Positions 1 to 12,258 of a stretch of DNA of 64,000 bases are shown in pieces (within the stretch, counting starts at the first letter, position 1; each line of letters opens with the position of its first letter). Where the stretch lies: assembly GCA_951406725.2 (NCBI GenBank), contig OX597820.1:83204001-83268000 (forward strand), given 5' to 3'. The notes beneath the pieces are model-generated. The model was not told the DNA's origin, did not search any database, and saw nothing but the letters and a program-made list of their open reading frames with translations. The stretch is from Octopus vulgaris (Eukaryota). Made by a program: the position numbers and the translations under genes.

Positions 1-411
1 TCACTCTATGTGGTTAACCAGATCTGGATTATATTAGTGTGCTAATAAGTTACCTGGTATGATTCCAAATCACTATTTCCTTACACACACACAGACGCAC
101 ACACACAAACACACACAAACACACAGCCACAGGTACGCACACATACACACACACACACGTTAATATAATCTTATGCAAATTTTGAAGCTCTTTCTCAAGC
201 ATTTCTTCGATTATCGGCCAACCATATGCAACCATAACTTGAGACAGTCACTGGATATACGTATGAAAATCCGAAAATATCCAAAGAGAATATACAAAAA
301 AATTAAAATCAGAAAATGGATTGAATAGGCTATATTACAAATCACTACAAGTGTTTCAACGGCCTATTGTCAGCGCTCCATTGTTGAATATTAGAAATAC
401 ATTTTTTAAAA

Positions 412-914
412 ATTTTATTTTATTTAGTTTCAGCTCACAAGCCGTGGTCATGCTGGGGCACCGTCATTTGGTGTTGCTACATGATTTTACTTCACGAATG
501 CTTTTTAGCAAATACCATCAGGTGCATGAGAGAGTTCGATGCAGCTACCCTCATCTGCACCTCCTGCCGTGAAGTTGGTTCATCTGGGACACCTGACAAG
601 AAGAGATCCAGTTTCATTTTACAGACATCTGCATCCACCCCATGCAGATCTCTTAGGTTCTTCGGGAGGATATTGAAGAGCTGTGGGCCTCGGAAGCCCA
701 GGCTATCACAGTATCTTGTCCTACATCTTGATGACAAATTTGGAGTCCTTGTCACAATGCAGTAGCGCCCAGTTCTGGCATTTGTGTAACTCTCGATGCC
801 AAAGTTTGGGACAAGTCCTTCTAGGATCTTCCAGATGTATATTTTGGTATAACTTTCTCGCAAGTATCTATCTATACTTGCAACAAAATTTGTTTTAATC
901 CCGAATGCCAACAT
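412..914 (-). mobile_element. 5'-truncated CR1/L2-group LINE 3' end (ORF2 C-terminus, short 3'UTR, (TAAAA)n tail)
   Basis: ORF 492-914(-) contains YTKIYIWKILEGLVPN and GPQLFNILPKNLR..KMKLDLFLSGVPDEP, typical of the post-RT C-terminus of CR1/L2-group ORF2. The 3'UTR ends ...gctgaaactaaataaaataaaa. Confidence 0.75.
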
Positions 915-1140
915 TATGTAATGGGCTATTAGCCCCTTACATAATTCAGGATGAAAACAAATTCACTGCAACACAATTTCTATTCCTCAACAAGTAATGC
1001 TCTATTTAAAATTTTCCCAACGGAGATCAAAGGAAAATATTTCATCACCTTCAAGCGAAACCTGGAAAATTCCTTCAAGGGATACCAGATATCCACCTAT
1101 ACCTGGATACAACTCAGCCAACAACAACTCTCTACATGAG
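900..1140 (+). mobile_element. Degraded CR1/L2-group LINE 3' fragment
   Basis: ORF 951-1139 (HNFYSSTSNALFKIFPTEIK..FITFKRNLENSF) resembles the same C-terminal motif class (LFN.LP..I....FK..L..FL). Confidence 0.45.
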
Positions 1141-1284
1141 TAGGATATGATACCACAAAGCTTGATTTAGAAATAACTTAACAGATCTAATTTGATGTTG
1201 CTATTAAGTTAGACATGACATGGACCAAACTTTGACTGCAAATATCTTCTGAATATCCATTGAATAAGATTTGAGTATACTCTG

Positions 1285-1369
1285 ATATAAATATATATAT
1301 ATATACATGTATGTATATATGTATGTATATATGTATGTATATATATATATATACTTATATATATATATA

Positions 1370-1427
<58 letters not shown>

Positions 1428-1458
1428 TACACATAAATATATATTTATATATATATAT
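1285..1458. repeat. (TA)n/(TATG)n microsatellite
   Basis: Directly visible; flanks the 3' end of SINE family A. Confidence 0.95.
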
Positions 1459-1849
1459 CTCTTTTACTCTTTTACTCTTTTACTTGTTTCAATCATTTGA
1501 TTGCGGCCATGCTTGAGCACCGCATTTAGTCGACCAAATCGACCCCAGGAGTTATTCTTTGTAAGCCCACTACTTATTCTATCGGTCTCATTTGCCGAAC
1601 CACTAGGTGACGGGGGCGTAAACACACCAGAATTGGTTGTCAAGCAATGCTAGTGGGACAAACACACAAACACATACACACACATACATATATATATATA
1701 CATATATACAACAGGCTTCTTTCAGTTTCCGTCTACCAAATCCACTCACAAGGCATTGGTCGGCCAGAGGCTATAGCAGAAGACACTTGTCCAAGATGCC
1801 ATGCAGTGGGACTGGACCCGGAACAATGTGGTTGGTTAGCAAGCTACTT
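1459..1849 (-). mobile_element. tRNA-derived SINE family A (CORE-like), B-box half, body and tail; split by the Tx1 insertion
   Basis: Minus strand: B-box-like GGTCCAGTCCC, CORE-like atcttggacaagtgtcttc, internal (TA)/(TG) tract, tail cggtgctcaagcatggccgcaatcaaatgattgaaacaa(gtaaaaga)3. Homologous copies at about 61985-62400, 62410-62610 and 63125-63430. Confidence 0.85.
1834..1849. repeat. Left target-site duplication of the Tx1 LINE (ggttagcaagctactt)
   Basis: Identical 16-mer at 7249-7264. Confidence 0.95.
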
Positions 1850-2077
1850 CATTTCATATAATTTGCCATTTAGGCATTTACAAAGAGGGGACAAACAAGG
1901 ACAGACAAATATAAAGAGTGAAGTAGCTTAACACAGTTACAATTTTCGAATGAAATTACGGATAAGATTATAAACAATGAATTTTACGAAGGCAATGTTT
2001 AAAAATATTAATGATCATGTCGAAGGACGGACACACAGCCATCCGGGTAGAACCTTTACTTTCTGATCCGGTCACAC

Positions 2078-5000
2078 TTACCTGGTGCCAAACATACCCA
2101 TCTTGTATGCCACAGGCTTCCATCTTTTCACAAACATATCTCGTGACATACACCTCTTCTCCAGCCTGATTTTGCTACTGAGGTGGTAACTAAAAAAGTT
2201 AATCAACCCCTGGCCGGAGACAAAGGTGCCTGTCACTATACCTTTCATACGCGTCTTCCATACTGTTTCTTTCAGTATGGCTACTACACAGAAAAAACAA
2301 GCCTTTCTTTCCCTGTTAAGGAAAGGGGGCGGCACAATCTCGATGATAGACTCAGCTGATAGCTGTACTCTTCCCATCACTGACAACAGTTGTTCAACAA
2401 AAGCTATCAGTCCCGATAACTCCGGACACTCCACGAATGCGTGCAAGACGGTTTCCCTATCCTGCTCACATCGCGGGCATGTCGGCGAGACGGCACTACC
2501 GTGCCTTGACAGCTTGTCGCGAACAGGTAAAGCCGCACGGAAACACTGCCAGGCCAGGGATTTCTGGTAATTATCCAGATACCCCGGCCCGAACGTCCTC
2601 CGGAACAGGTTGACCAACTGATTTTCATCGTAGCCCAGGGCTCCCCCAAGGCGTCTTCGGACTTAATCTCCACTAACCCGCTATAGAAATCCGTGGTGGA
2701 ACTCCTGTTGCCGGCGTTGCCCACCCGAGATAGTAGCTGGAGCGCCTGACGGGACTCCAAATGCCATTCACTCAGTTTAGGTCTCCGCTTGATCCATGCA
2801 CCGATGTCCGTTAGGGATGTTAACTGGGGAAGGTAGAACCGGACGTGCGGTGACCACACCTGCTCTCCATCCAGGTAAAGCCAGAGGTGCCTCAACCTTA
2901 AAGCGAGTTTTCGCATCCTCAGCCAAGGCATCCCTAGCCCACCCTTTAGCGGTTTCTGGCAGCAGACAGAGCGCTTTACAAGTGGTTTTCCTCCTTTCCA
3001 CAAAAATCGGAAAAGGATTCTCTCTAACTTGTTCAGCCACAAATCAGGGCAAGGCACCACGGTCAGACGGTAGGTGATTACTGATGCTATAAACATCTGC
3101 ACCACCTCCACCTTCCCTAGCAGGGATAACGCCCGCCCAGACCAGGTCTGGGTTAGAGCGGTCACCTTGTTGGCCACCTCACTCCAATTTTTCTCAATCT
3201 GGAGGTCTGGCCCGAACCAGACTCCGAGCAGCTTAACAGGACCTTCCGTCCAACGCCCTACGACGTTATTGGACGGCATCGGCTTGCCCCTCCAGGTGCC
3301 GAGTTGCAAACCGACCGACTTGTCCTTGTTAACCTTTGCTCCTGCCACCGCCTCGTAGCTTTTGATGGCCTCTTCCACCACTGGAAGCTGGCCTTCGTCT
3401 GCCACGATGATGGAGGTCATCCGCATACGCCGTAGCTCCTCTTCCACACCATAGATCATGCGGCGCGCCCCCTAGTGCCTCCAACTTCCGCAGCAAAGGC
3501 TCAAGAGCCAATACGTATAGGAGCGAGGACAGGGGACACCCTTGACGAACTGAACGCTCGATCCTGAACGGCTTCGAAAAGGAACCGTTCACCTTGACTA
3601 CAGACTCGATGTCGCTATACAAAGCAGCGATCCAACCTCGAAAGGTCGGGCCTAGGCCAGCCTCTCCGAGGACCGCCGCCAGGTACCGATGGTCGACCCT
3701 ATCAAATGCTTTGGACTGGTCTAAATGTACCAGTGCTCCCCCTGCGCCAGAAAGCTTCCCCACCCTCTCTAAGGAGTAGCGTATAAGGTGGAGATTGTCG
3801 TGGATCGTTCTGCCGGGGATAGCGCACGTTTGCGCTTCCCCGACAAGTTTGTCCACGACCCGCGCCAACCTTTTTGCTAGCACCTTGGCCAGAATCTTTA
3901 ACTCTGTGTTTAACAGAGTTAATGGCCTGAAGTTCCCTATCTCGTCCCCCTTGTTCGGGTCCTTCCTGATCAACGTCACCGCCCCCGGCTCGCAGACTTG
4001 GGAATTCTCCCATTCTGCTGCCAGTTGGCGTAGACGCTAGCCAGCAGGTGCTCGAACAAGTCTGGCATACTTCTATAAAATTCATAGGGCAGACCATCGA
4101 GACCCGGCGACTTCTCCCCGGGGCACTTGCCCAACACCTCGATTACTTCCTCGGCTGTGATTGGCCCTTCACAGCACTCAGCCTCTCGTGTCGAGAGGCG
4201 CGGGCCACCAGACAGGAAGTCCCTAAGGGCCTCACCATGATCCAGCGTCCCGCACCTCCCGAACAACTCGGCGAAGTGTTTGTGAAGTGCCTCACACATC
4301 TCGTCCCGGTTCTTGATCGTGCATCCGTTTTCATCAACAAGAGACCCAATTGTGGCATCGTTTCCACGCTGTGTTTCTATCGTACGGGCCCATCCGGCAA
4401 CATTAATTCCCTCACGGCCCAATGCTCGTACTTTAGCCCGGACTCTACATCCCTCATGTTTGGTTTTGAGGTGACGGTCTAATGCCGTTCTCGCCGCTAA
4501 AATGTGAGATGCAGAGCCCAACCTCAACGCCTCCTCTAAGTTCTTAACTAGTTGCCCTTCTACTCTAGCCCTATCTAGTCTTAGTTGTTTACTAAATCTA
4601 ATGGACTCGAATCGAATGGCTCTTTTGAGGGTGAACCACCACCGGTTATTAACCACGGCTCCGGTTAACGCCCTCTGCACTAACACCTTAATCCGGCTAC
4701 GGTATGCCTCGCGTGTCAAAATAGACTTGTTCAGCTTCCAGTAGCCGGTTCCTATCTTAAGTGTACTATCTATGTCCAGTCTACACGTGACCATTCTATG
4801 GTCAGTATAGGGCACCTGGACGAGCTGTGGACAACTAAAACTAGACTTATCTCTAGTTCTTATCACTATCCTGTCTAGATAAGACTTGAACCTTCCGTCG
4901 CCACTCATCCAGGTCCACTCTGGGACGTTCGGATGGTCAAGTCTGTAACGATCTGCTAGCTGCAACCGCTTAAGCAGATCCACGAGACGTGAGTTCACTT

Positions 5001-5441
5001 TCCTATAGATCGAGCCAACGCTATCGATGTGTACGTCAACGATAGCATTAAAGTCCCCTAATATCACTAAAGTCTTCGACGTCACGAGAAAGCCCTCTAG
5101 GCGCCGATAAAAATCAGTTTGGAAACCTCTAGCACAAGGTGCATAGAGTCCGATCAACCTGAAGGCCTTACTGCTGTATGTCACATCAAGGACGACCAGC
5201 CCACCTTCTGGGTCTACATAGATTGTACTTGTCTGTAGAGCCAAGTCTTTACGGATCAGTACCACTACGCACCCTCGCCCTCCGGTCTGGCCAGGAGACA
5301 TGATTTTCTCGTAGCCAGCTTGGTCTCTGTAGCAACCATCACATGTATATCATGTGATCTGAGGTCGTCGAGGAAACAAGCCTGCTTCCACTTCGAACTC
5401 AGACCACGCACATTTAAACAACCAAGGTTAAGCGAAGCCAT
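2078..5441 (-). pseudogene. Tx1 ORF2 (APE endonuclease, reverse transcriptase, C-terminal CCHC zinc finger), split by about 4 frameshifts
   Basis: ATG at 5441 gives MASLNLGCLNVRGL..ATETKL. EN motifs ILGDFN, SYLDRI, TDH, GYWKLN. RT motifs KSPGLDG, NFRPLTLLN, LDQSKAFDRV, VRQGCPLS, YADD. Zinc finger CPRCEQDRETVLHAFVEC. Frame changes near 5310, 3978, 3415 and 2630 (track pieces 3976-5301, 3329-3979, 2407-3459, 2078-2617). Confidence 0.93.
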
Positions 5442-5458
5442 TACAAAAAGTAAAAGTT

Positions 5459-6859
5459 CTACTTACATTTCGTTGGAGAGGTGGGGGCCGACCTCACCTC
5501 ACGTTTGTGGGCCCCTTCTTTCTCCTCTTTCTTCAGATAGTCCGGCAAGTTCGCGATATGCCGGATGGCGTTTGGGTGTCTGTCTTTTAATTGTTTGAAC
5601 GTTGTTTCCGCAATCCACGCGTGTCTATTTCGATCTTTGTATTTGTTGTACAGTCTTGCTGACTGATGCTGAACCACAATATCGTTTATGTATTTGTCTT
5701 GTGTGTCGAATTCAATTAATATGAGTTCATTTTCTTTTTTGTCTTCTTTTTCTGGGCCAGTTGAGCGGGATTTTTTTTCCGTGTCTGTGGTGTGTCTTTG
5801 TTTTTATTAATTTTTGTAGGGGATGTGGACGGGGATGCTGCACGAATTCTTTTACGAACTGGTGTAAATCCCCCTCTGATACCTCCATGGTATCGTCTGG
5901 GGTAGCAATAGTTTGTTCGGTAGGCGCCGCAGTTTTTAGGAGGTGGGAGGTTTTAATAGTGTAGGGGTTTGTGAGTGCGAGGGCTGGGTTTTTTCTTCAG
6001 TCTGTTTTGGGGTTGGCACCGTAACAGCAGGAGTGGGATTTTTTGTTTTTGTAGGGGTAGGTGTGTTTGCAAGGGTAGGGACTTTTTTATTATCTGAGGG
6101 GCCTGGTGTCTGCGGTTTCTTTTGCTTGTCTGGACAGTCTACACGAATGTGGCCCTTTTTGCCGCAGGCGTAACAGGTGGGTTTTCGGCCTTCGACCTGT
6201 ACCCTGAGGGCTACGTTCTCGCCCACGAGCACCCTCTCAGGAAGGAGCTGCAGGTCCTCCGCTGTTCCTTGAATTAATATATTAATGTTACGCCCGAGCC
6301 AAAATAGAGGGGTAGAGCATGTTACTTCTAGTATTTTTATTTTGTCCGCCCTTTTATATAACAGGGCGGCCACTACCTCTACCGGATCTACTTCCGGCGG
6401 GGCTTCTACAATCCTGACCCGGGACGTCCTGCGTCCCCTATAGCTTGGGAAAAGTACCACCTCCTTGGTTTTTAGGGGGTTCACAGAATGCCCGCGGGCC
6501 ATTTCTTCCCCCGGGAAGCGGACATCCATAGTGCCATATGCCCGTCCCCTGGCGACGTACACGATGTCCTTCCAAATCGGGGACAGGCATTTCTCGATGG
6601 TGCTTTTTTCAAAGTGTTTGAACCTTCTGCTTTGTGGACAGAAAGTTTTAAACACTACGGTCCGCTTCTCGGTCTCCACGATACTGGCGGAGGGTGATAT
6701 TTTAACATCACCACCCTCCTCTTGCATTCTTTTAAATAGCTCGACGAGCTGATTGACATCGATGTCAATGTTCTCGGTAGCCACTGCGGCTACCGCAGAA
6801 CATTTTTTAACATTGCTCTCCTCGAGAGCACTACTTTCGTGAATAATTTCAACAGGCAT
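5459..6859 (-). pseudogene. Tx1 ORF1 (gag-like nucleic-acid-binding protein: RRM-like region, zinc knuckle, Pro/Thr/Lys-rich tail), probably frameshifted after about 5940
   Basis: ORF 5936-6883 (first ATG at 6859) contains CYACGKKGHIRVDC (CX2CX4HX4C). Coding-like sequence continues through ORF 5459-5677 to a stop 17 nt upstream of the ORF2 ATG. Confidence 0.8.
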
Positions 6860-7248
6860 TATTCTGTTGAAATTAGACAACACAAAAATTACGAATATTG
6901 GTTTCCCACAAAACTGGGAAACCTATAGAAAGTTTTTCTTCCAAAGTAGTTCAAAAAAGCAGTTCAAAAATTTCAATTCCCACCCCCATTCGGGGGAGGG
7001 GCACGAAAATAGTCTGGCAGGACTATATATAGTCACGTAAATAAAAAGCCACAATGGCTAACAGTTCAACGGTAAGAAATTATTCAATTATTTCCCGGTA
7101 AAACCGGAGAACAAGACAGTTCAGCAACGTTTAAAGGCAAATTTTCAGTAGTAGGAATTCAACAATTAACAACACAGCAAAACTCTTACCGGGAAGAAAA
7201 CGCGTCCAAACCGTAGTACGGTAAGCAAAGTCACTCTTCTGTCGGTGA

Positions 7249-7286
7249 GGTTAGCAAGCTACTTACCACACAGCCACTCCTGCGCC
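7249..7286 (-). mobile_element. Right TSD plus the 5' (A-box) half of the interrupted SINE family A head
   Basis: Minus strand ggcgcaggagTGGCTGTGTGGTaagtagcttgctaacc joins seamlessly to 1833 (aaccacattgttccgggtccagtccc) once the LINE and one TSD copy are removed. Confidence 0.9.
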
Positions 7287-7292
7287 TATATA

Positions 7293-7353
<61 letters not shown>

Positions 7354-7373
7354 ATATACACATATATACATAC

Positions 7374-7430
<57 letters not shown>

Positions 7431-7444
7431 CATATACATATATA

Positions 7445-7497
<53 letters not shown>

Positions 7498-7507
7498 ATA
7501 TACATAT

Positions 7508-7554
<47 letters not shown>

Positions 7555-7568
7555 CATATACATATATA

Positions 7569-7639
<71 letters not shown>

Positions 7640-7715
7640 ACACATATATATATATACAAATATACATATATACATATGCATATACATACACACACAGGTA
7701 CTCACATACACATAT
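7287..7715. repeat. Compound (TA)n/(TACA) microsatellite with an internal higher-order duplication
   Basis: Directly visible; the interruption pattern at about 7340-7450 recurs at about 7485-7575. Confidence 0.9.
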
Positions 7716-8168
7716 CTATTCCACGGGAAAAGCTGAGTATTTATGTGACCTAAAAAATGTTTGTTTAATTATTAAAACCCATCATTTTTGTCTGGGGTTT
7801 GCAGATACAAAGATGTGGACGGAAGCCTTATTGCAAGTACAGAAGTCATTATCTGAATGTTTCCCTATCTCTCTCTCTCTCTCTCATGGTATATAAATAT
7901 ATGTGCGTGTCTGTGTGTATATGTGTGTGTGTGAAGTATATGTGCAGATATCTTAAGTTGCTTTAATATTCCTTCTCTCGACTCAATTATATGCCCCTAG
8001 GTGCGATTCTGACAAAAGAAACTAAAGGATACGTGAATGACAGATGTATTTAATTTTATAGAATTTGTGAATACATGTCTGACATACAAACATACGTACA
8101 TGCATATATACATACATACATATATACATTCACATATATTTTACATATATAAATACACACACACATAC

Positions 8169-8200
<32 letters not shown>

Positions 8201-9038
8201 TCACACATATATATATATATTGACTTTTAAACATTACTGTAATCTTTAGTTGTGTCTATTTTAAAATTTCTATCTCAAAATAAGTTGCATTTTTCATTTC
8301 TTCTCTTTAATTCCAGTCAAGAAATCTCATTACCCTCCCCAACGACCTTTCAATTTACACATACACATACACATACACTCACATACACACATAATCACAC
8401 ACATCTTCTTGTATGTATATATATATATACATACACACACGTACATATATGTATACATATGTATATTCTTATATACATGGATATATATGTCTATATATAA
8501 GCTTATATATATATACGCATATGATGGTATACATATGCATACACATATAGCCATATATATACATATATATATACACACGCTCCCCCACACACATATATAT
8601 ACATATTTACAGAGAGAGATAGAGAGAGAGAGAGAAGGAGAGAGAGAATGAGAGAGTGGTCTTTGGTGTGGGGAAGGAGTCTTGTTGGTGGGTATGCTAC
8701 GAAGAAATGAAAAATGTAACTATTATTTTGAGGAACAATTTAAAAATTATGGAAAGGAATAGACACAACTAAAGATTAGAGAAATTAAATAACGTCAAAA
8801 ACTATTGGCAGAATAAAGTGGAATGGTGAAAACTATTTTCTAATCATGATAAGAACTTCGTGTGAGAAAAATTGATAGATTCTAAATTAATACAATTGGA
8901 TGAAAATTAGTAACAGATAACGAGAAAGAGACGGTGAAGTACAGATATATTACGATAAAACTCGCAGCTTTAAGAGAGTAATTTATGTCTATATATGCAA
9001 TTATATACTCATATATATTTTTATGCATAGATGCATAC

Positions 9039-9104
<66 letters not shown>

Positions 9105-9809
9105 GTATCTAAATGCAATGATAGCCGATGTGGCACATGCCAATTCATACATACCGGTCAATATATAAACACAAAAACCGGGAAAATATTCACAAACGCG
9201 AATATGAACTGCAAAAGCAGAAATTTAATTTACTGCATCAAATGCCCAAATTGTGAAGAAATATATGTAGGTCAGACGGGAAACGCACTATTAGAACGCT
9301 CACGTGTACACCGGCAACAGATTAGAGACCCAGAGGTCCGTCAGATACCTTTGAGTAACCACCTAGCAACATGTGGTCGGAAAATATATATAATATTTCC
9401 ATTCTACAAATTACACAGCCCAAGTGAAATCGAGAGGAAAATCAGAGAAAAGAATTTTATTGATAAATTCGAACCCAAGCTAAATAAGCAATAATAATAA
9501 TACTTAGAGGTATTACTTCCACTGCTACGACCATGACCACTAACAACAACAACAATACTAAAGGTGATCAAGACGAAGATAGCAGGAAAATTATCTTATT
9601 TAGGGTTAAAAGTTCTATTGCCACCACCATCACCACTAGCAACAATAATTAAGGTGCTGACAATGATGATGATGACAATTGAAATATAAAAATATAAAAA
9701 TCTCTGACAAAGGATATTTACAACATTTCTAAAAATAACCCAACAATTGCTGCTTCGGCCAGGGTCAAGATACAGGACTCTTGACCTGTCCAACAAAGCG
9801 TGATGCCTA

Positions 9810-9926
9810 AACCAATCAGCTCAACCAACCAATCAGCTTAAGTAATTGAGTGATACTACACATTGATTGGTCAGAATACAGTTTGCAAAACCTAGCACTC
9901 TGGAGCCTACCCAGCTGTATTTATAG
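9810..9926 (+). promoter_or_regulatory. Putative Pol II promoter of the Penelope pseudo-LTR
   Basis: CCAAT at 9812 and 9829, inverted ATTGG at 9866, TATA-like TATTTATA at 9918, about 65 nt upstream of the hammerhead fold. Confidence 0.4.
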
Positions 9927-9988
9927 CACAGAATCACTCATCTTGCTACAGTCAAAAATTGTGAAGCATGACTGTCAACACTACTACA

Positions 9989-10033
9989 TGAACCCGAAGA
10001 TTGCAGAATTCAATGCATGAAAGTACTAGTTCA
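9989..10033 (+). ncRNA. Minimal type I hammerhead ribozyme fold with variant core CCGAAGA
   Basis: tgaac-CCGAAGA-t-tgca(gaattcaa)tgca-t-GAAA-gtac-TA-gttca: stem I tgaac/gttca, stem II tgca/tgca, palindromic AGTACT stem III. Confidence 0.7.
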
Positions 10034-10195
10034 ATCAGAATGAATATTTAACATTCTACTATTTCATTTTATTTTATTCAATTATAATATATTATCTTAT
10101 AATATATCATTATAAGATTGTAAATAAAACGTGAAAATCAGACAAGGTTGGAATTCTTTTTATTAATATATTCTTCTATACACAATCACACACAC

Positions 10196-10275
<80 letters not shown>

Positions 10276-12194
10276 TTATATGTATATGTATATATATGTA
10301 TATACATATGTACATATATATATACATACAAACTTGCACACAATCGTATGCACAACTAGATACATCACTAAGTACAGACACGTTCAAACACACATACATA
10401 GTCACACACATGTGTATATATATTTATACACGTATATATATTTATACACGTAGTTTTATATGCATACATGCAAATGGGCGTGTGTTTGTTTGTGTGTGTG
10501 TGAGTTCGTTGTGTATGTATGTGTATAACTAAATATAATACGTAATTTCAACTTTTCTCTTGTCTGTAAATTATCAGATTATTATAGACGCAGTGATTCT
10601 CGCACAAATACTTGGTGATACTTGCCGTCAACATTACTGTACAAGCGTAGATTGACAAATATATTTTTAAAACAATCATTCATAGTTAGACAGTTGAGTA
10701 GATCTATGGAACTAGCTGTCATCGAGCCATATATCCTGCTTTACTAGTTGCTGGATAACCATACTATATGATTAGTCAGATAGCAGTCAGAATGGAACAG
10801 AAAATTAATTATTTTATTTAGTACATGAATGTTCCATTACTCCGGCTCCGAATTAATTCCATTAAATACACATTGGGGGGAAGACTGGAAATATATCCGC
10901 CGGCTTTAGTGTTTCAACATACGAATATAATTGCAGATATCCATTATGTAGTAATTGTTGTTTTTTTTGTTTCTCTTGACTAGCAACAATATCTCTATTA
11001 CAATAACCTTATTTTGACCAGGTACGAATTCTCTATACGGTTGGTTACGGAGAGTATTGTACTTGGTATCCTTCGTAACGTTTCCATAAGAATTATGATT
11101 ATTCAATTGTCAGAAATAGATTTGAAACGAAGCAACATTCACCAAGGGATTACTACTTAGAGCGAGGTGTTTGTTTCTATTTAGTAATACTTTTATAGGA
11201 GTCAAATCAGGTGGATTGCGTGGCTTGTCATTGACGCGATTTGTGTCATGTACTGCTTCTTTGTATTAAGAGCTTATAATTGGAAAAAGCTGATATAGAA
11301 ATAACAGGCGTTCTATTAACTTACAGTTGTTTCTTGAAACCATAAAATGTTAATGAGAAATTAGCATCGGACTACATTTTCTTGCTCAAAAATGCGCAAC
11401 ACGAATATGGAGTAATCTATTGTGGCTAAATCACTCATGAATATTATAAATCTAATCATCGAGGAACAGTCGCTGTTCGAGCTCATTATTTAAACCTCGG
11501 GGAAATAATAACAGTAAAATAATATGCTAATATATACAGGATTTGAACATAAGGATTATTGTTTTCTAGTCCAAAGTTTATGTTATTAAACGACTAGTGA
11601 TTCTTAATAATGAGTAAAGTTAAATTGATGTAAACAATTCAACAAATGTAAACCCCTCTGGATGTAGAAGATTTTCATTCCCTACAATTAATTCCAGCGT
11701 CTCCAGTGTCAGACACCAAACTTTATGCTATTGGGGATCACTCTAATTGGCAATATTCACGGTGGAGTATCTAATTGCTGGCAAACTGTCTGTAAATAAA
11801 GCCTATATCGCGTACATCTGAAACTAAGAACCAAGACTCTAAATAATCTTTCATAGTTTAGATATACCAATACAGCATACAAGTAGGATTCTTAGAACGT
11901 TGCCCAATATATACGTGGTATTTATGTACGACTGTCTAACTTTTAGGTTCAATTCTCAACGAAATCAGCTATGCTTTTCGCTTTTCATAGGTTCAAAAAT
12001 TTATTTTTAAAAACCATTGAAATACTAAGATTATTTTCATATTAACCAATTACATTTTTATATACGAATGAAATTCGAATAGAAGCCAGACGAACTTGGT
12101 TAAACAATATCAGCAAGACGAGGACAACAACAAACACAACAAGGACAATGACTTGAACAACAACAATAACTGCGATGACAAATATTCCACATTT

Positions 12195-12258
12195 GAAAAT
12201 TCTTCTATAAGAAAGAAAATTCTTCTATAAGAAAGAAAATTCTTCTATAAGAAAGAAA
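12195..12258. repeat. Three copies of a 20-bp tandem repeat (gaaaattcttctataagaaa)
   Basis: Three exact copies visible. Confidence 0.95.

Larger units (their letters stand above)
1850..7248 (-). mobile_element. Full-length Tx1-clade (L1 group) non-LTR retrotransposon, about 5.4 kb
   Basis: 5'UTR, ORF1 with CCHC knuckle, 17-nt spacer, ORF2 (APE-RT-CCHC) and 3'UTR, bounded by a perfect 16-bp TSD. Much higher GC than its flanks. Confidence 0.93.
9100..10170 (+). mobile_element. 5'-truncated Penelope-like element: GIY-YIG endonuclease plus downstream pseudo-LTR, between two (TA)n tracts
   Basis: CNDSRCGTC..CKSRNLIYCIKCPNCEEIYVGQTG..R..HR..H..E..FIDKFEPKLN (stop at 9494) is the PLE GIY-YIG signature. 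Flanked by (TA)n at 9048-9100 and 10198-10261. Confidence 0.88.

Noticed and set aside
412-1140. Twin-priming inversion of a single CR1-group insertion
   Set aside because: Both arms encode the same C-terminal region and are very divergent, so two separate insertions are more likely.
2226-6752. Plus-strand ORFs overlapping the Tx1 element
   Set aside because: Antisense shadows of GC-rich coding sequence with no recognisable motifs.
7231-8651. Many YIYI/THTH ORFs, and poly-I/L/N/K ORFs elsewhere in the window
   Set aside because: They are translations of (TA)n, (CA)n, (AAT)n and (CTT)n microsatellites with no coding evidence.
11690-11810. Possible short exon after ttccag
   Set aside because: Stops in the frames examined, no donor site, no recognisable product.
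12195-12258. Possible CRISPR-like repeat
   Set aside because: Head-to-tail copies without spacers, eukaryotic context, no cas genes.
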